Below, in pieces: positions 38,527 to 53,100 of a stretch of 64,000 nucleotides of DNA; position 1 is the stretch's first letter; the number at the start of each line of letters is the position of its first letter. The notes beneath the pieces are model-generated. The model worked only from the letters and a program-made list of their open reading frames with translations, ran no database searches and had not been told where the DNA came from. A program made the position numbers and the translations under genes. Source of the stretch: Callorhinchus milii (Eukaryota); the NCBI RefSeq assembly GCF_018977255.1, contig NW_024704743.1, positions 84,880,001-84,944,000 on the forward strand, given 5' to 3'.

Positions 38527-38696
38527 TGTTGGATACTAATTAATACATTAGTGCCGACTAGGGCCAATGGAAGGAGATCAGGAGGGAGAGAAAGCAGAAA
38601 GCAGGGAAAACTGAGTTGTTTGGTGTGACTTGGATTGTGTAACTGGAGACCTAAAATAAAAGAGTGTTCTACACATTTTTTATTGAAAATGTGACA
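38527..38696 (+). repeat. 3' LTR of Gypsy element
   Basis: Follows the PPT, has the same termini as the 5' LTR and is followed by the TSD. Confidence 0.92.
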
Positions 38697-39214
38697 ATGT
38701 GAAAAGCCAAATGATAAAGAACAAAGTAAGAGAAATTCTGAGAACTTGGCTCAGATTTCAATATCCCAAGTAACCAATGAAGCTATTTTCTTAATATATC
38801 TGTAAGTGAACTAAACGTTTTATGGCAGACAACTTGTGTACCAATGTGTTTTAAGTTTAATGCAGAGTCTGAGGACTTGTTTCCCAGTCTTAAAAGAAAC
38901 AGTTGTCATTTAAAACAAAAAAAATTCAGTTGGTAAGTTGAGAAGCTTTCAGTTCTTAAAGGAAACCACAAAGTCTTGTGGGTTTTGTGAGGTAGGTTGA
39001 GCACAATTGACGTTTGTTACTGCCGGTTGATTGTGACAAGGGTTCACATTTTAAAGTTTTGCTTTTTCTGGATGAAAGTTGTGCTTTTAAAACCAGTCTT
39101 GTCTGGACGGGCAGATAACATATTTGAGGCAAATTATATTTTCACTGCTTAAATCAACAGAAATTTCTGAAAATGTGGTCTCCCCTTGTAATATTTCTCA
39201 AGATATTATTTTTT

Positions 39215-39350
39215 ATTTTTTGAAGCGATTATTACCCCCCGGAAAAGCGATCTCCCAATCGACTAATAACTGGGTTTGTACTTACTGCTAGGTAAACAGA
39301 GGTGTTTGAAGTAACAAAATTTGCCCAATTTTTTGCCCTGCTCGGGTATC
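39215..39350 (-). mobile_element. Fragment of the long SINE subfamily
   Basis: CCGGAAAAGCGATC...CTGCTAGGTAAACAGAGG is the reverse complement of the extra segment at ~48244-48310. Confidence 0.7.
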
Positions 39351-42144
39351 AAACTTAAGTTTGAGAGTGCTCTGTCCACTATGCTATAGGTGTCCATGCT
39401 TACGAGTATCCAAACCAGACTGAGAGTTCCATGCATCTCACCTACACATTGAAATTCCAGAGGTATTTGTTGGAATGGTATGTGCACTTTCTCTTTTAAG
39501 GGACACATCCTGTTTACCTAATCCAGAGAGTAATAGGTGCAGATTGGCAAGGACCCCAAAGTGTGTATTGGGTTACTGCTGGAGTCTAACTTAGAAAGAC
39601 CGGGTCTGACACCCAAAACATTTTTTTTACAATGTAGCTTGTAGACTCCTATTGCCCACTCTCTTATCACTATATATAGAAGCTCCAAGATGCACTATAT
39701 AAATGCAAGTTGTTGTTGAAGTTGCTGCTTATCCTGATCATACCCAGACTTTCTAATTATCCAGCACAACTTTTTCCTTTTCTCATTCTATTACAATGTC
39801 CGTAAACATAAGCAAAATAACTTTGTTTTTCATCTGGAACTGGGGAGAAATGATAGAGATGACATGAGAGCAAAAAGTGGGATGAATTTATAATGGGGAA
39901 GGATGATAACAAATCCAAATATTTGCAAAGAACAAAATGTTTTTCTGTCAATGTTTCATCTGTTCAAATATTTCCTGTATAAATATACAAATAAGCCTCT
40001 GATCATTATTCCCTGTATTCCCTACTGTGTTTACAGATTGACACTTTGAACCAGAAATACAGCAACAGTATGCCTTTTCATTTTTTCTTAATTACCACCC
40101 GGCCCTCACCCCCCCGGCTCAGAGTCATGCTCCGCCACTGTCGAGCGCTCTGGGATGCTACCCTTCATGAGGGGCACTATATAAATGCTCCTGTTTTTTA
40201 AAAAAATCTTAAAAGTGATGTGACATTATTACTTTTACTACATTAGATTTTTTTCTCTCTATATTTAATGTGATGCATTTCGTAGTCAGAGCAATCTCAT
40301 TGCTTGTGCAGTCATGAATTTTTTTTTACTTAGAATGAACAAAACCATGACTGATGGTTCTTGTTTAAAATTGTACAGCACTGGATGACATCACTTTCCT
40401 ATATTTCAGTTTGTTTAATTGTTCTAGTGAGGCCTTGTAACTAGTAACTCCCAGTGATATGGAGGGGATGACTTGGCATTACACGATAGGGCATGTTTTC
40501 ATATGTTGCCTGTGACCACAGGTGCACAATATGCACATTTGAACTTGTGAAAAATCATAGCGAAATGGCAGATAACAGTGTGAATAACATGAAGTGAAAC
40601 TAATGTCATAACTTTATTCCATCACCAGCTGCTTAGCGGGCATGGTAGTATTCGACGCAGACACATTAAACTACTAATGTTAAAAAAATACACAGAGCCC
40701 TGTCTTTAAATTATAAACAAGTGTTTAGATCTAAATTTATTTAGATCAATAGTCATGAATGTCAGTTGTTGTCAATAGGATATGAACTAATTAAAAGGAT
40801 CCCAGGAGAAGTCTAACAGTGATTTCAGGGGAGCCTTTATACTGAGGCATTTGGTTGATGATCTGAAAACATGCCAATAAATCTTGAGGGATTCACAACT
40901 ATTGTATCCATTTTCTGAATGCTGTGAGGTTGGATCGATGATATGCTGATTTCTTTTTTTTAAAAAACATATTTTACAATCCACACCTGATACTAGATCT
41001 CTGAAATAATTGCCTTGTATTCGCCTCGGCCCTAAACTCACACACAATGTTGTTGAAACACTCATTCACTCATATCCGGTTTAGACGTTTCCAATGTAGT
41101 CCACAATGGTCTTTCTAGCTCCATAATTCACAAGCTACAACTCACCTCCTCTGCTCCTCTCTTCCTCTACTCCTCTGCTCTCTAACTCAGGCTTATTGTG
41201 AATCCCCCGCTCCCTCCACGCCACCATTGCTGGCTGAGCCTTCTGTTCCTCAGTGCTAACTCTGCACTCGGAGACTATTCCACGTGAAGGACGCTATATA
41301 AATGCAAGTTGTTGTTGTTCCTATCCCTCTAATCCCTGGAACTTCCTTCCACTGACACTCTTGTACGTCTCATCTTTTTCTGTGTTTAAATCCCAACTCA
41401 AATCCTACTTCTTCAAACCTGTCTGTGCCCACCTCCCTTTCCCCCTTTATTAAGGATTAATTAAGGATTTTAATCCAAGAATGTGGAAATGTTCATTAGA
41501 ATTTGAGTTATGACACAAAATTTAGACCCATTTGCCTTTTTCAAAAAAAATTGAAGAAAGCTATTACTGTATGTAATCAATAGGTTCACATAGCCTTATA
41601 AAAACAAGATCAAAGCTCCAACTTCCTACTTCACATCTAATATATGTATTGATTTGCTTAAAATTAGATATTTTAGCTGTTTTAAGTGCTGTAATATTCA
41701 GACATTTACCTCCCTTGTAAAGTAAATAATACACCAAATTCAAAGACTGGATTACAGGAAATGAATATAATAATCTTTGCATTTGATAGAGCGCCTTCTT
41801 CTCACATCTTTGAGATGTCTCAAAGTGCTTCACGGAATATACTGTAAAGTGAATATACAATATGTTAAAATCTAAGTGTTCTACTGTTAACATATGGATT
41901 ATTTTCCTGTGTATGAACATCCGCCCAGTTTGGCGAAATGATTTGGTATGAAGTGCTGACAACCACCATTGTTGTTAGTAATGAAAATAATATTACTAAT
42001 AAGAAGAATCCTTGCATTCGACATAGCACCTTTCACGTTGGGAGGACTTCCCAAAGCGCTTCACAGGATTTGCTGTGAAGTGGAGTGACTGTGTATTTGT
42101 GGGCCTGCAGAGAACAACGTTTTAATCACGTTTCACAGAATAAT

Positions 42145-42400
42145 CAACAACAACAAGATTACATTTGTATAGTGCCTTTCACGTCGGGAGGATGTTGCAA
42201 GGCGCTGGACAGTGTACAGCATTTCAGACCCGAGCTGGGGTCAGGGGACAGAGGTGAGGGGAAGGGGGGTGACCAATGGCATGGTCAAAGAAGAGGCAGA
42301 ACTTGAAGGAGGCCAAGGAGGGGGCGAGGTGGAATGATTGGGGGATGGAGTTCCAGCGGTTGGGGGAAGAGTGACTGAAGGCTGAAGGCTCTCCCACCAA
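42145..42400 (-). mobile_element. L2 3' end
   Basis: CAACAACAAGATTACATTTGTATAG...GACCCGAGCTGGGG, as at 57815-58400; a shorter copy lies at ~30872-31040. Confidence 0.75.
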
Positions 42401-44779
42401 TGGCTAATTAACAATAACTTGCATTTATATAGCGCCACTCACACCCAGAGTGCTTGAAGATTAATCCCCATTGAAGATTCTTACATTGTATGTCAGTTTT
42501 CATACCATAGAATGTTACCACAAGAAACGTGCCCTTTAAACCCATCCAATCTGCACTGGTGTCAAGTTTCTCCACAGGAGCCACCTCGTCTAATCCCACT
42601 CTCCTGCTGGCTTCCCACATCTTTTAACAGTTTTTTTGTCAAGGATTTACCTAAATCACTTTTAACATGATATTTGGGCTTTGCGATAATTGTTTCTGGC
42701 AGAGAATTCCATATCTGAGTCACATTTATCCAACCAATCCCTTGCATTTTAGAATGTTGATATTGCTTATATGTTGCTTGTAAACTGAGTTTAATCTCAG
42801 TTTATTGTTAATACTTTGATATTTAATAAGGATTATGCACTTGTAATCTAGAAGCATTGTAACAATAGTGAGGAAAGAAAATGGTAGATCTCCTATTATT
42901 TATGATATTTTCTATTTTTTTCTATCAACTCCTTATTTCTGCCTGTAGTACTCAAGTTAGTTCAAAAGAAATTTCATTACCATATTTTACAGGCTGCCAA
43001 TGTTTCATGGGTTTTTGATATATATGAAAAGCCTGCATCACTTAAAAATCATTAACAGTAATATTTATTTTAAGACTGTGATCCATATTTCTGAAGCATA
43101 AAATGTGACCCAAGAGCTCTTTGATAAACCAAAATAACTAACTTATGTGTTTGGCTTTTTTGTGTTCTGCCTTGTGGCTCAAACATGTAAATAAAGAGCA
43201 GTTGGGTAATACTTTCAAGCTCTATAGTCAATGCCAAGCTAATAATCTTGACTTCACTAAAGTAAGTGAAGTACTTTGACCAGTTTTGGTGAAGTAGAGT
43301 GCAAGTCATCTTAACTTTTTTTATGAAATGCAAACAGGAGGGAGCAAGATTCGGACTTTTATGAGGGCGCGGGCAATTGTTTCTTTCACGACAGGTGATG
43401 AAAGTCCCAAATGTCACTGTAACACAATGCAATTTTTGTGGGTCATCTTTTCTAGAAGTAAGTAAATAAACACTTGAAAAGTTTTGTGTGCAGCCCTGAA
43501 AATTTAGATGTGTTGATGCTAAAATATGTTGTTACACACAATGTGTGTGACCTCTAAACTGAAGTTTTCACTTGATGGTTTAAATTTCAAATGAACCACT
43601 TCTAGAACCTGATTAAATATTTGTGTCTTCTGCATGGAAGAAATCATCAGTATTGGAAAGTAAGCTAGTTTAGATAGTATATATATTATTTTGTTGCTCC
43701 ACTCTTAATTGTGATAGATATTGTGTAAATCATATCTGAGGAGTTCTATGGGATAAAATCTACCTATATCTAAATTTACTATGTTTAAGTAACATTTTAG
43801 CTTGTCCAGAATTTAACAAATTGTTAAATCCAGTCTTAATTTTGCAGCCAGTTTTGTATAAGCTCTTTGAGAAAGTAGAGTACATAAAAATAATTTGAAG
43901 TTAAGACTGAATTCAACAATTTGCCAAATTCTGAATGCTCTAGAAGGCTATTTCGCTAGAGTAAATCTAGATACAGGTAGAATTTCTCCCCACATATCTT
44001 AAACCATTGTGGTCCATGTTGCACCTCTCAACATTGCTGGAAGTCTGGAAGAAGGAATCTGTATCGAGGATGGGGTCTATGTAGTACAAGGAGGCCACAA
44101 AAGAAGAAGCAACATATTTTCAAAATATATTTCTGAAATACCTCTTCAAAACTATGCATTTGTTAGTAAAGTATTGTTAATTTTCCATTCCTTTTTCTTT
44201 ATTCAAAAATATATATCTTTAAAAAGGAAATCAAAGAGTCAAGTCATTCAACAAAACAGAATGAGTCAAGGATGTTTGTCGTGTATCATTATTAGGACAG
44301 ATTTGCAATAGCTATTTTATTCCCTTTGAGACATAACAAAACTAAGCTACTTCCTGCTTTGTAATATCCAGCTTGCAATACACTGGCACATGAGAAGGCA
44401 AGGTTCTTTATATGCTGGGTCTTCACAGCATTTCAGGGTGCTCTGTAATATGGTCCCCGGTCTGCTTATAACACAGGCATACTGAGGACCCAGGCAATAC
44501 CAGAAGCTTGATTCACTTGGCTACTTCCACACACTAGGTGGCTTCCCCAGCTAAAATATAGTTAAGCGCTCTGAGACTCTGTTCCGCATGAAGGGCGCTC
44601 TATGAATGCAAGTTGTTGTTGTTAGCTTCCAGGTAACATCACTTTCTGGGCATGTCTGCTGTGATTAAGAGGCTAATTGCTGGAAGCACCACTAACGCCA
44701 TTTTTGACATATATATGAACCAACTGCCTTTGTAAAAGACAGCTGTGCTTCCTCTAAATGTGCACAATGGAAAGAAAAA

Positions 44780-45260
44780 GGGTGTCAGTTGATCGCACTC
44801 CTCTGAGTCAGAAGGTTGTGGTTCAAGTCCCACATCAAAACTTGGAACTCCTACAGTTTGACATGCCACTATAGTGCTGGGGTATACTGCATTGTTGGAG
44901 GTGTTGGCCTTCGGATGAGATATTAAACTTGGGTCCAGTCTGCCTGTTGAGGTGGGCATTAAAGACTTCATACCACTATTCAAAATGTGAAGTGAGGTTC
45001 ACCCAATGTCCTGGTCTCACGTGTTCTGAGACGCCATCCGGCATGGAGGGCGCTATATAAATCCAAGTTGTTGTTGTTGGTCAACAGCCCCTTGCATAAA
45101 GTTGGTCATGCACCATATGGCTGTTTGTGGGACATTGCTGTTCATAATTGACTGCAGTGTTCACTTACAAATACACAGTCACTAGACTTTGCCATAATAG
45201 CCTGAGAAGTGCTTTGACATGTCCACCCATCATAAAAGGTGCTACATCAAATATAGCAAA
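44780..45260 (+). mobile_element. Ancient DeuSINE-like element interrupted by an L2 tail
   Basis: CCTCTGAGTCAGAAGGTTGTGGTTCAAGTCCC; TTCGGATGAGATATTAAAC. An L2 tail is inserted at ~45020-45080. Confidence 0.7.
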
Positions 45261-48138
45261 GATTATTCACAGATTATTGCAGAAATTCACGCGATTGATG
45301 ACCTGAACACCCGAAGGATGTTATCTTTTCATGCTTTGTTTCCAAGTTTCAGTGCCTTAGGAAGTGCTCCTAACGTCAAAGGTCCTATACGAATGTAATT
45401 TGTTGTTGTGGAGTCTGAAGAGGCACTTGAATTTTTTTAAAAAAAAGGAAACAGAGAAAAACAGTTGTCACAGAAATAATTTTCTTTAAGAGAGCGGTGT
45501 AAATATTTTTGTTAAACATAGTCATAGAATGATACAGCACAGAAATTGATAATTTAGCCCATCGGTTCTGTACTGGAGTTTTCCTCTGTATGAGTCAGTG
45601 GGTCTAATCTTACTCTCCTGCTAGTTTCTAATACTTTTACCCAGAGTTTATTTGCAAAATAAAAAATTTTTTTGGTGGGGGATAGCATTATTGTCAAAAA
45701 AATTGGAGCAAATAGAGCTGGGGGAGAATTAGACATAAAATCCCTGGGTCAATTTGGTTATCTGTAATTGCAATTTAACATTAATATTCTGAAGTAAGTT
45801 TTAATCTTAAACTGAAATTAATTGATGGGAAGGTTGTGGGGTGGTTCATTAATGCCACTCTGAAATGTATTTATTTACAGTGCTGGGCCACGCTCCATTG
45901 GGATGCTATCTCTACAGTGAAGTCAACATGTGTGGTATTATAGCTGTTTCCAAGTAGATAACATATTTAAAATGTTCTAAAGACAGATTTATTGTGAAAC
46001 TGGTTGTTTTGTGTTTGTTGCTAGTTTTGATAAGCAAGAAATATTTGAACATACAAATCATTACGTAAGAGGGGTTTGACTGATTTTTATGGAACCAATA
46101 AACTATGGAGCCAATATTTCTTTCAAAATAGAATGAATTTGTACACCTGGCCTGAGTTTTAAATGCAGTCAATTCACTGTACAGAATATTCTGTGAAAAG
46201 CGCTTTGAGACCTCTCGAAGATGTGATAAGGCACTATATCAAATGCAAGGATTATTATTATTAAACGATGGAAAGGATTTGATATGAACAGATTCCCAAT
46301 TTATTCTGACGTAGGTGTGTCTCAGAGGTGAATGAACTCTATATTGCAACAGATGTGAAGAGAGATATGCTGGAAATATTTTACATTGATGAAGAGGTTA
46401 GAAAATTTGGATCCAGATGTTTTCTTGCCATGTACATAATGTGCTTCAAGACGCCTTTCTGGTTGCCATTGCTCTCCTTGGAGTATATATGTCTTTATTC
46501 TCTTGAACAGAGGACAGCAGCGATTTGGCAGAACATTCATTTCGGATGCTTTCTTTGAGGAAAGTGACCCCAGACGATACTTAGTTTTTCTTGTGGCAGA
46601 AGCCCTCTTGCTATTTCTTATGTTATCTTGGAGACCTGAGTGATATAAATTGAATCTACAAATTGTGACTCACCTGGCTCTTGAGATGGCATTTTATATA
46701 TAAAAATGTTATGGATCATGCTACCAGTACTGTATATTTAGTACACAACCAGCTGCACAGTGGGTGGATGGACAAATGAACACAACTTAACAAACTCTTT
46801 ATTCTCATTCACGATGAGAGTTCCCAAACTATTTCTGTTTTAATTGCTCAAAAATTACAGTCTAGAAGTCAGCATAGTGCATTTTACCACTGCATAATTT
46901 AACTATATGAATAACATTGTGAGGCACCATGAGATTCAATCTATATGGATTTTGAACCAGTTTGAGGACCTTTTAAACTCTATTAATGATTGTCATCATT
47001 AAAAACCTTATTTGGATTTGTTGGTGCTGAAATGTAACAATAACAACAATGATAATAATACTTGTATTTCACTCAGCGTCTTTCACATCTGGAGGACATC
47101 TCAAAGTGCTTCACAGAATTTACTGTGAAGTGGCATTTATGTATTTTGGTTGGCAAAAGAGGCAGGATAGGATTGTCACTGATGGCCCCTACTATTGAAT
47201 AGCCTGAAAAAACTTGTTATCTGGGCTCCCACATAATGAATGGCCATTTGAGGCAGCCCCATTGGTGGAGTGGATAAAATTGCAACTTACAGAGCTGGTT
47301 TGGATCTCAACCCATGCTGGATTTTCAAGTCTGAGCTGGGGTTTTATGTAGTGGTTACATTGATCTCAGCCTTCCCAAGGGTAACAAGTGAAAGACCAAC
47401 CAGGGTTCTTGCTTCTGGCCCCTCTACATCATCCTCGACTTCTAAGGCGGAAAGAAGTCAGGCTCGGCTATGACACCCTCTACAGATGCGTGGCCTGCCA
47501 TCACCTACTGCCAAATGAAGCTCACACTCCCTGTGCCTCTATAGTACAATATAAACATGAACAATCCATACATGAACAATGATCACTTGGTTGGAATACT
47601 GGAGGGAAACCAGCACCTGTGGAACTGAACTGCACCCCAGCTAGAGGACGTGAAGCAGAGCGGGGTGAAAAATAATTGGACACAACAATTTTTTTTAAAA
47701 AATGCCACTTGCACAAAATATCAGAGGAGGACCAGGTTCTTTTGGAATGTCTATGGATCTTGAGCTGTTCCTTTTTCATAGTAATGAGTGTGATTCTACT
47801 TTCTTGTAAAACAATTGTACAAATGCACAAAAAGAAATGTGCATTTCTCCTCTTGTTTTGAGCATGTAAATCAACCAGTGAATCTAGACAGTGTACAGAT
47901 GTCCAGTTTGAACAACATTGCTAGTAATCAAAAGTTATTTTGCTGAATCACTCTTGGAAGGCATCTAATCCCAGAGAAAATTCCAATGGTTACAATTTCA
48001 TTCCATGAATAGACTTGTGTCCTTAATGATGGAGTTTGAACATTGGGGGTGTTTTCTTTGGATTTGAAGTAAAATTGTTGAAGGATATTAAAAATAATTA
48101 CGATGATTTTCACATTTTTTCGGCCTCTGCTTTTTTAT

Positions 48139-48500
48139 GGAGTGCTGTAGATTAGTGGTTAGAGCACTCCTCTCGCAAGCGAGAGGACCTGGGTTTGATT
48201 CCTAGGCAGGGCGAAACTTTGGGTAACTTTCCTTACTCCACATGCCTCTGTTTACCTGGCAGCAAGTAGGAACCCAGTCGTTAGTTGATTGGCGGATCGC
48301 TTTTCCGAGTGTAATAGTCCCCATAAAAAAATATGTGGCTACTCAATCCATGACTGTTTGTGGGATACAAATGCCTGCTGCGTTTTGTCCACAAAATGTA
48401 CAGTGAATTCACTTTACAGTATATTCTGTGAACCGCTTTGAGACATCTTGAATATGTGATAAGACACTATATCAAATGCAAGGATTGGTATTATTACTAT
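48139..48500 (+). mobile_element. Older, longer subfamily of the same SINE
   Basis: Same head and tail, plus an extra internal segment (GCCTCTGTTTACCTGGCAGCAAGTAGG...GATCGCTTTTCCG). Confidence 0.85.
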
Positions 48501-48899
48501 TTATATGGGTGTTTTCTGTCCAAATATTGAATGTTGGCAATCTCACAGGAAGAAAAGTTTAACTAGCTTAATAATAATTTTAATAACAAAGTTGGAGAAT
48601 ATGTTAAATCGGCGGTGTTGTAAGATCGAACCTAATGTATGCAGTCTCGTATCGTGTTATTGCTGAAATCCTGAGCTGCATTTAATGGCAATGCCTCATT
48701 TAAACTGATGCACACATGCTCAATTAAACATTGTGTTCTAAATCCTGGTTCTCAAGAAAAGTAGTGTTCATTTGGAAGTCAAGATTTTAACCCTTAGACT
48801 GAGTGCTGGCAACTCTTAAAAATTCCAGCCTTCCTCACAAGGTGTCTATCTGTCAACTTTCACTTCCATGCAATGCTGCAACAAGCTAATTTGGCATAG

Positions 48900-49270
48900 C
48901 ATCTACATTTGATACAGCGCTTTATCACATTATCAAAATGTCTCAGTTTTACTGTTGAGTGTAGTGACTAATTTGTAGGCAAACACAGCAGCTATTTTGT
49001 GCATAGCAATGTCCCACAAGCAGCCATGAAGTCAATGACCAATTTAATTTGTGATATCTGGAGACTCCCTTCTCATTTTGGGTAGTACCATGGAGGCTTT
49101 AATGTCCACTTCAACAGGAAGATGGGATTTCTGTTTAAGTTTCATCTGAAGGACAGCACCTCTGACAATGCAGTACACTCCCAAGTACAGCATTGGGGGG
49201 GTCAGCCAACATTATGTGATTTGATAGTCACTCAGAAGTGAAAGTGCTACCAACTGAGCCAGGCTGTCAT
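48900..49270 (-). mobile_element. Ancient DeuSINE-like element
   Basis: Reverse complement of the same head and core; related fragments lie at 1-170 and ~10170-10450. Confidence 0.65.
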
Positions 49271-49519
49271 CTCAACAAGCTTCTCAGCTATAAGGAGTGG
49301 CCTTATTACTTGGAACACTTACTGTGCAATTGCAGTAAATATGTTTAAATAAAAATATCTATGCTTCTGCTTGCCTTGGCTTATTTCCCCGCCTTCCTTA
49401 TTAAAGAGTCACACCGCCTGTTCATTTACACACCTTGGAAGAATGGCCCTTAATGAACAATAAGTATCTGGTCATATTCCCTAACAGATTTGGATAGTAT
49501 GGTAGCATGGCAACAATAC

Positions 49520-50152
49520 CAGCTGCTTTCACCTCTGCCACATCGCCTGCCTCCACCCCTATTTCACTCTAAATTCTGTCGAAACCCCTATCCACCCATT
49601 TGTCACCTCCCAGCTAGATTTTTCTAACACACTCCTTGTTGATCTCTTTAGTACCACCATTCATAAATTTTAAATCATCTCAAACTCAGTCGCCCACATT
49701 CTCACCCTCACTAACATTTGTATGTCCATTACCCCAGTACTTGCCAGGCTCCACTGCTTCTCTGTCTCTTTGATGATTGATTTCAAGATTTTTGCCCTTG
49801 CCTACAAATCCCTTCATGCCCCATCACCCATCTTTGTGATTACCTCCTACACTACTCCTATACTTGCCCCCTCTGATCAGCTAACTCAGGCTTGCCACAT
49901 GTCCCCTGACCAGCCCACATCACCATCAGTAGACAAGCTTTCCAATTCTTTGCATCTAAGTCTGAAACTCCCTTTTTCAACCCTCTAACTTGCCCCCTAT
50001 CTGTCTTCAAATCCTGCCTTAAAACCTACCTCTTCAACTGTGCTTATGATCACCTTCTAATCTCTCTCCCCTCCTGCTTGGCATCCCCTGCACCAAGGTA
50101 AAGTATTCCAAGATATTATTCTACATCAAGAGCACTATATAAATGTTGTTGT
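49520..50152 (+). mobile_element. L2 LINE 3' fragment, old
   Basis: ITPVLARLH..IDFKIFALAYKSLH; tail GCACTATATAAATGTTGTTG. Confidence 0.8.
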
Positions 50153-53100
50153 ATGTTAAAAAAAATTCAAAATTTATCTTTTTTTTAAATCCTGATTTGT
50201 GAGATGTTTTAATTTCTCTCAAAACTTTACCTTCTGGCAGGTGGTGGCTTTTACAAAACAAATCAAATTTTGGGAAAGACCTGTTTGTAGTGAATGAGGC
50301 TGGGCTACTTTTATCTTACATCAATATTAGTTCTGGCAAGGAGCCATGAGGTGGAAATGAATTAATGAAAGTCATAACACTGCAGCAGTCTGAAGGTGAA
50401 CAATGCCGCTTACATTGAACAGTGCAGTATAGACCAAATTTAGTGCAGAGCATCATTTCAAATACTTGAATAACAAAGTGGAAAAGGTTCTCTAATTGCA
50501 AAAAGTGACTTGAAGTGGAACCTGTTGCTTTCATGAAATTGCATAGGAACTTAAACATTTGAGAAACTAATTTTGCTTTCGGCAAATGGATGTAATAAAT
50601 TGAGGTTTCAGAATATATTGCTGTCCATTCATAGCTGTCAATATGCTGGGTTGTGACAATGGCTAACATTTTACTCATAAATCTATCATAACAGTACTTT
50701 TCATATTACAGTGCTAATCCTCTCTGTATGTATTCTGATGAGTGCCAGTAATACTTGTATTTAAGTTACAATAGTCCAGTATTGATCTGAGTGATAGCGC
50801 CAGAAGAACTTGGAAAGTGTCCAGTTTCTTTTTGGTTATGGACCGCTCAGAAAACCTTAATTCCTCTGGACTTTACATTGTTACAAATGCTGAGGACTTG
50901 GAACTTTCATGAAAATGCAACAAAAAAAGCAAAGCATACCATGATGACAGACTTTGTTGAATCATTCCACACTTTAATACTCAGTGTTAAAATTTTAGTC
51001 AAATCAAATCCATTTCTCAATGTATTATCTGACTAATTTCAATGTTCCTCAATGTTCTTTTACATTTTTTTTCTCTCATCAGTTTTTCTCTTATCTTCCC
51101 TCCTCTGCTGAAGGCATTGCCGAATAAAGTGCTGACAATATCTAAGGCATTTGGAGTACACTGCAAGTAATTCTGTATGTTTCTGAACCTAAGAGATTTT
51201 TAGAAAAGGTTATTGCAGCTCTCAAATGGATTGACTGAGCCAGTGTTTAAAAGGCCAAAAGTCCATATGTAGTGGACTGCATGCACTTGACAATGTCACA
51301 AGGGGAGTACAGGCCATTTGCAGTTACTTGGCAATATGTTCTACAACTGAGTCACATAAATATCAGAATATTTGGATAGTTGATCTTCATGTTGTAAAGG
51401 TTATAAGGGCTTAAGGAGGAAAAGGGTAGAAAAATGTAAACTGGATGTAAAGGGCAGTCCTTCAGACAAGACAAACAGAAAATAATTTCTCAAATACTGT
51501 ATCATAAAATAAATCAAAATGTACTTTCATAAGCGGTTGCTTTACGGGATGCAATGATTTATTAAAAATAGGCCATCTTTTGATGATGGTCACATAGCTA
51601 ATGGGTTATTCAGCATTCATTCATTATTAGTCTATTCTCTGTAAACCTGTGTATCTTGTTTAGATTGAATTTCCCATTGGTCTGTGGGAAATCACCATTG
51701 CAGAAGAGTGCTATTTGCCTCATAATGACAAATGGGTGTAGTGAAATGCAATCACTTGTCGTTTGATGAATTCAGCATGGAAGTGGGTAGAATGTCTAGT
51801 TTGCTTATCGCAAACCAGAAGAAAACAGCAGTCAATTCTTGGCTATCAAAAATAGTACCAATTTCAGAGCTAATCCATTGCAAATAAACCACTGATGTTC
51901 AGCTAAGCTGATGCAATGCAAATAAATTATTGATGTTCAGTGCACACAAGTGGAGTGAATGCCAGCAATTTCTCTTGGGAGAAAATAAAAAGTGCCTTTT
52001 TCTTAGAGTGTGTATTTTCATTTATCATTGTATACTTTGTACTCCAGAAAACGGATTTATACTATTTAATGTAAGTTCAATTGGAATTTGCATAAACAAG
52101 AAAAAAACAGATTTCTGTTCTTAAAGCATTTTCGAATATGTAAGATGTATTCATTTGTTACAAATGTTTCAGAGGAATTTTTAGTTTCATATATACTGCA
52201 TTTAGTAAGTGTTTGCAGGAGAGTAGCATTTTTGCTTTGTTGATCGGCCAATGTTGAATATCATCCAGAGCCCTTCTTGGCCAGCTACATTCCTTGCTTT
52301 GTTCCTTGAAATCTGGTTATCTAGAAATTGCATCTTTGCAGGAGTAAGTGTTCAGCTCTTGTGAATTCTCTGTGAACACTTTGAAAACAACAGTTACATT
52401 TCCGACAACACTTTAAGATATTTGATGCAGACGAAACAGCACAATGGTAGATGGCGTAGATTCTCCCCTAGTTAACTTGTATTATCTTCAAATCTATTTC
52501 CTGCGCTAAATGGACACGGGTGATCTGGAGTTAACTGTTCAGCAATCAGGGGCACTGCTGACCATAATGAGCTCAAGTAGGTTCTTGTTCTGCATTTAAG
52601 TATGGAGGTCAGAATTGGCTGCTAAATTGCATCACGTCAGACTGCAAGTTTCAAGTAATGATTGTTTGGGAGTAAAGAAAGGTTCTTGACAACTTTCCCC
52701 CACAAAGTAACCTTTTCAGTAGATTATGTCCAAATGAGAAGCTTTCTGAAAGCTGTGAATTACACACGTTAGTTTCAGGGAGAAAAATATTTCTCTGAGA
52801 TGAATATAGAGGTGGTTTGTGATCCCATTTTGAATTCATTCTTGTAGCTGCACTTACGACGAATGATTATATGTCCTGCTTTAAGCTCTGGTCCTGCTGA
52901 GTTAATTCCTCCTAAGCACTTTTGCAGTGTTCCTTGTTGACCCATTCAGAGGACACCAGTTTTTCTTCATGTCCCATATGTCACCTTAGTTCATGCTACT
53001 ATTTATCATGATGGACCACTGCTTTGTGACTCTGTCGCCCTTTTGTAAAAACCTAAGGGAAATATGGGAATTAATTTAAAAAAACCTTTATATAAAAAAA

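Larger units (their letters stand above)
34757..38696 (+). mobile_element. Decayed Gypsy/Ty3 LTR retrotransposon
   Basis: LTRs TG...CA at 34757-34931 and 38527-38696; TSD ATGTG at 34752-34756 and 38697-38701; PBS-like TGATGTCATAAGT at 34932; PPT AAAAGGGAAGA at 38516-38526. Gag, RT, RNase H and integrase remnants occur in Gypsy order. Confidence 0.93.

Noticed and set aside
38960..38970. AGGAAACCACA NFAT/ETS-RUNX composite site
   Set aside because: An isolated short motif with no further support.
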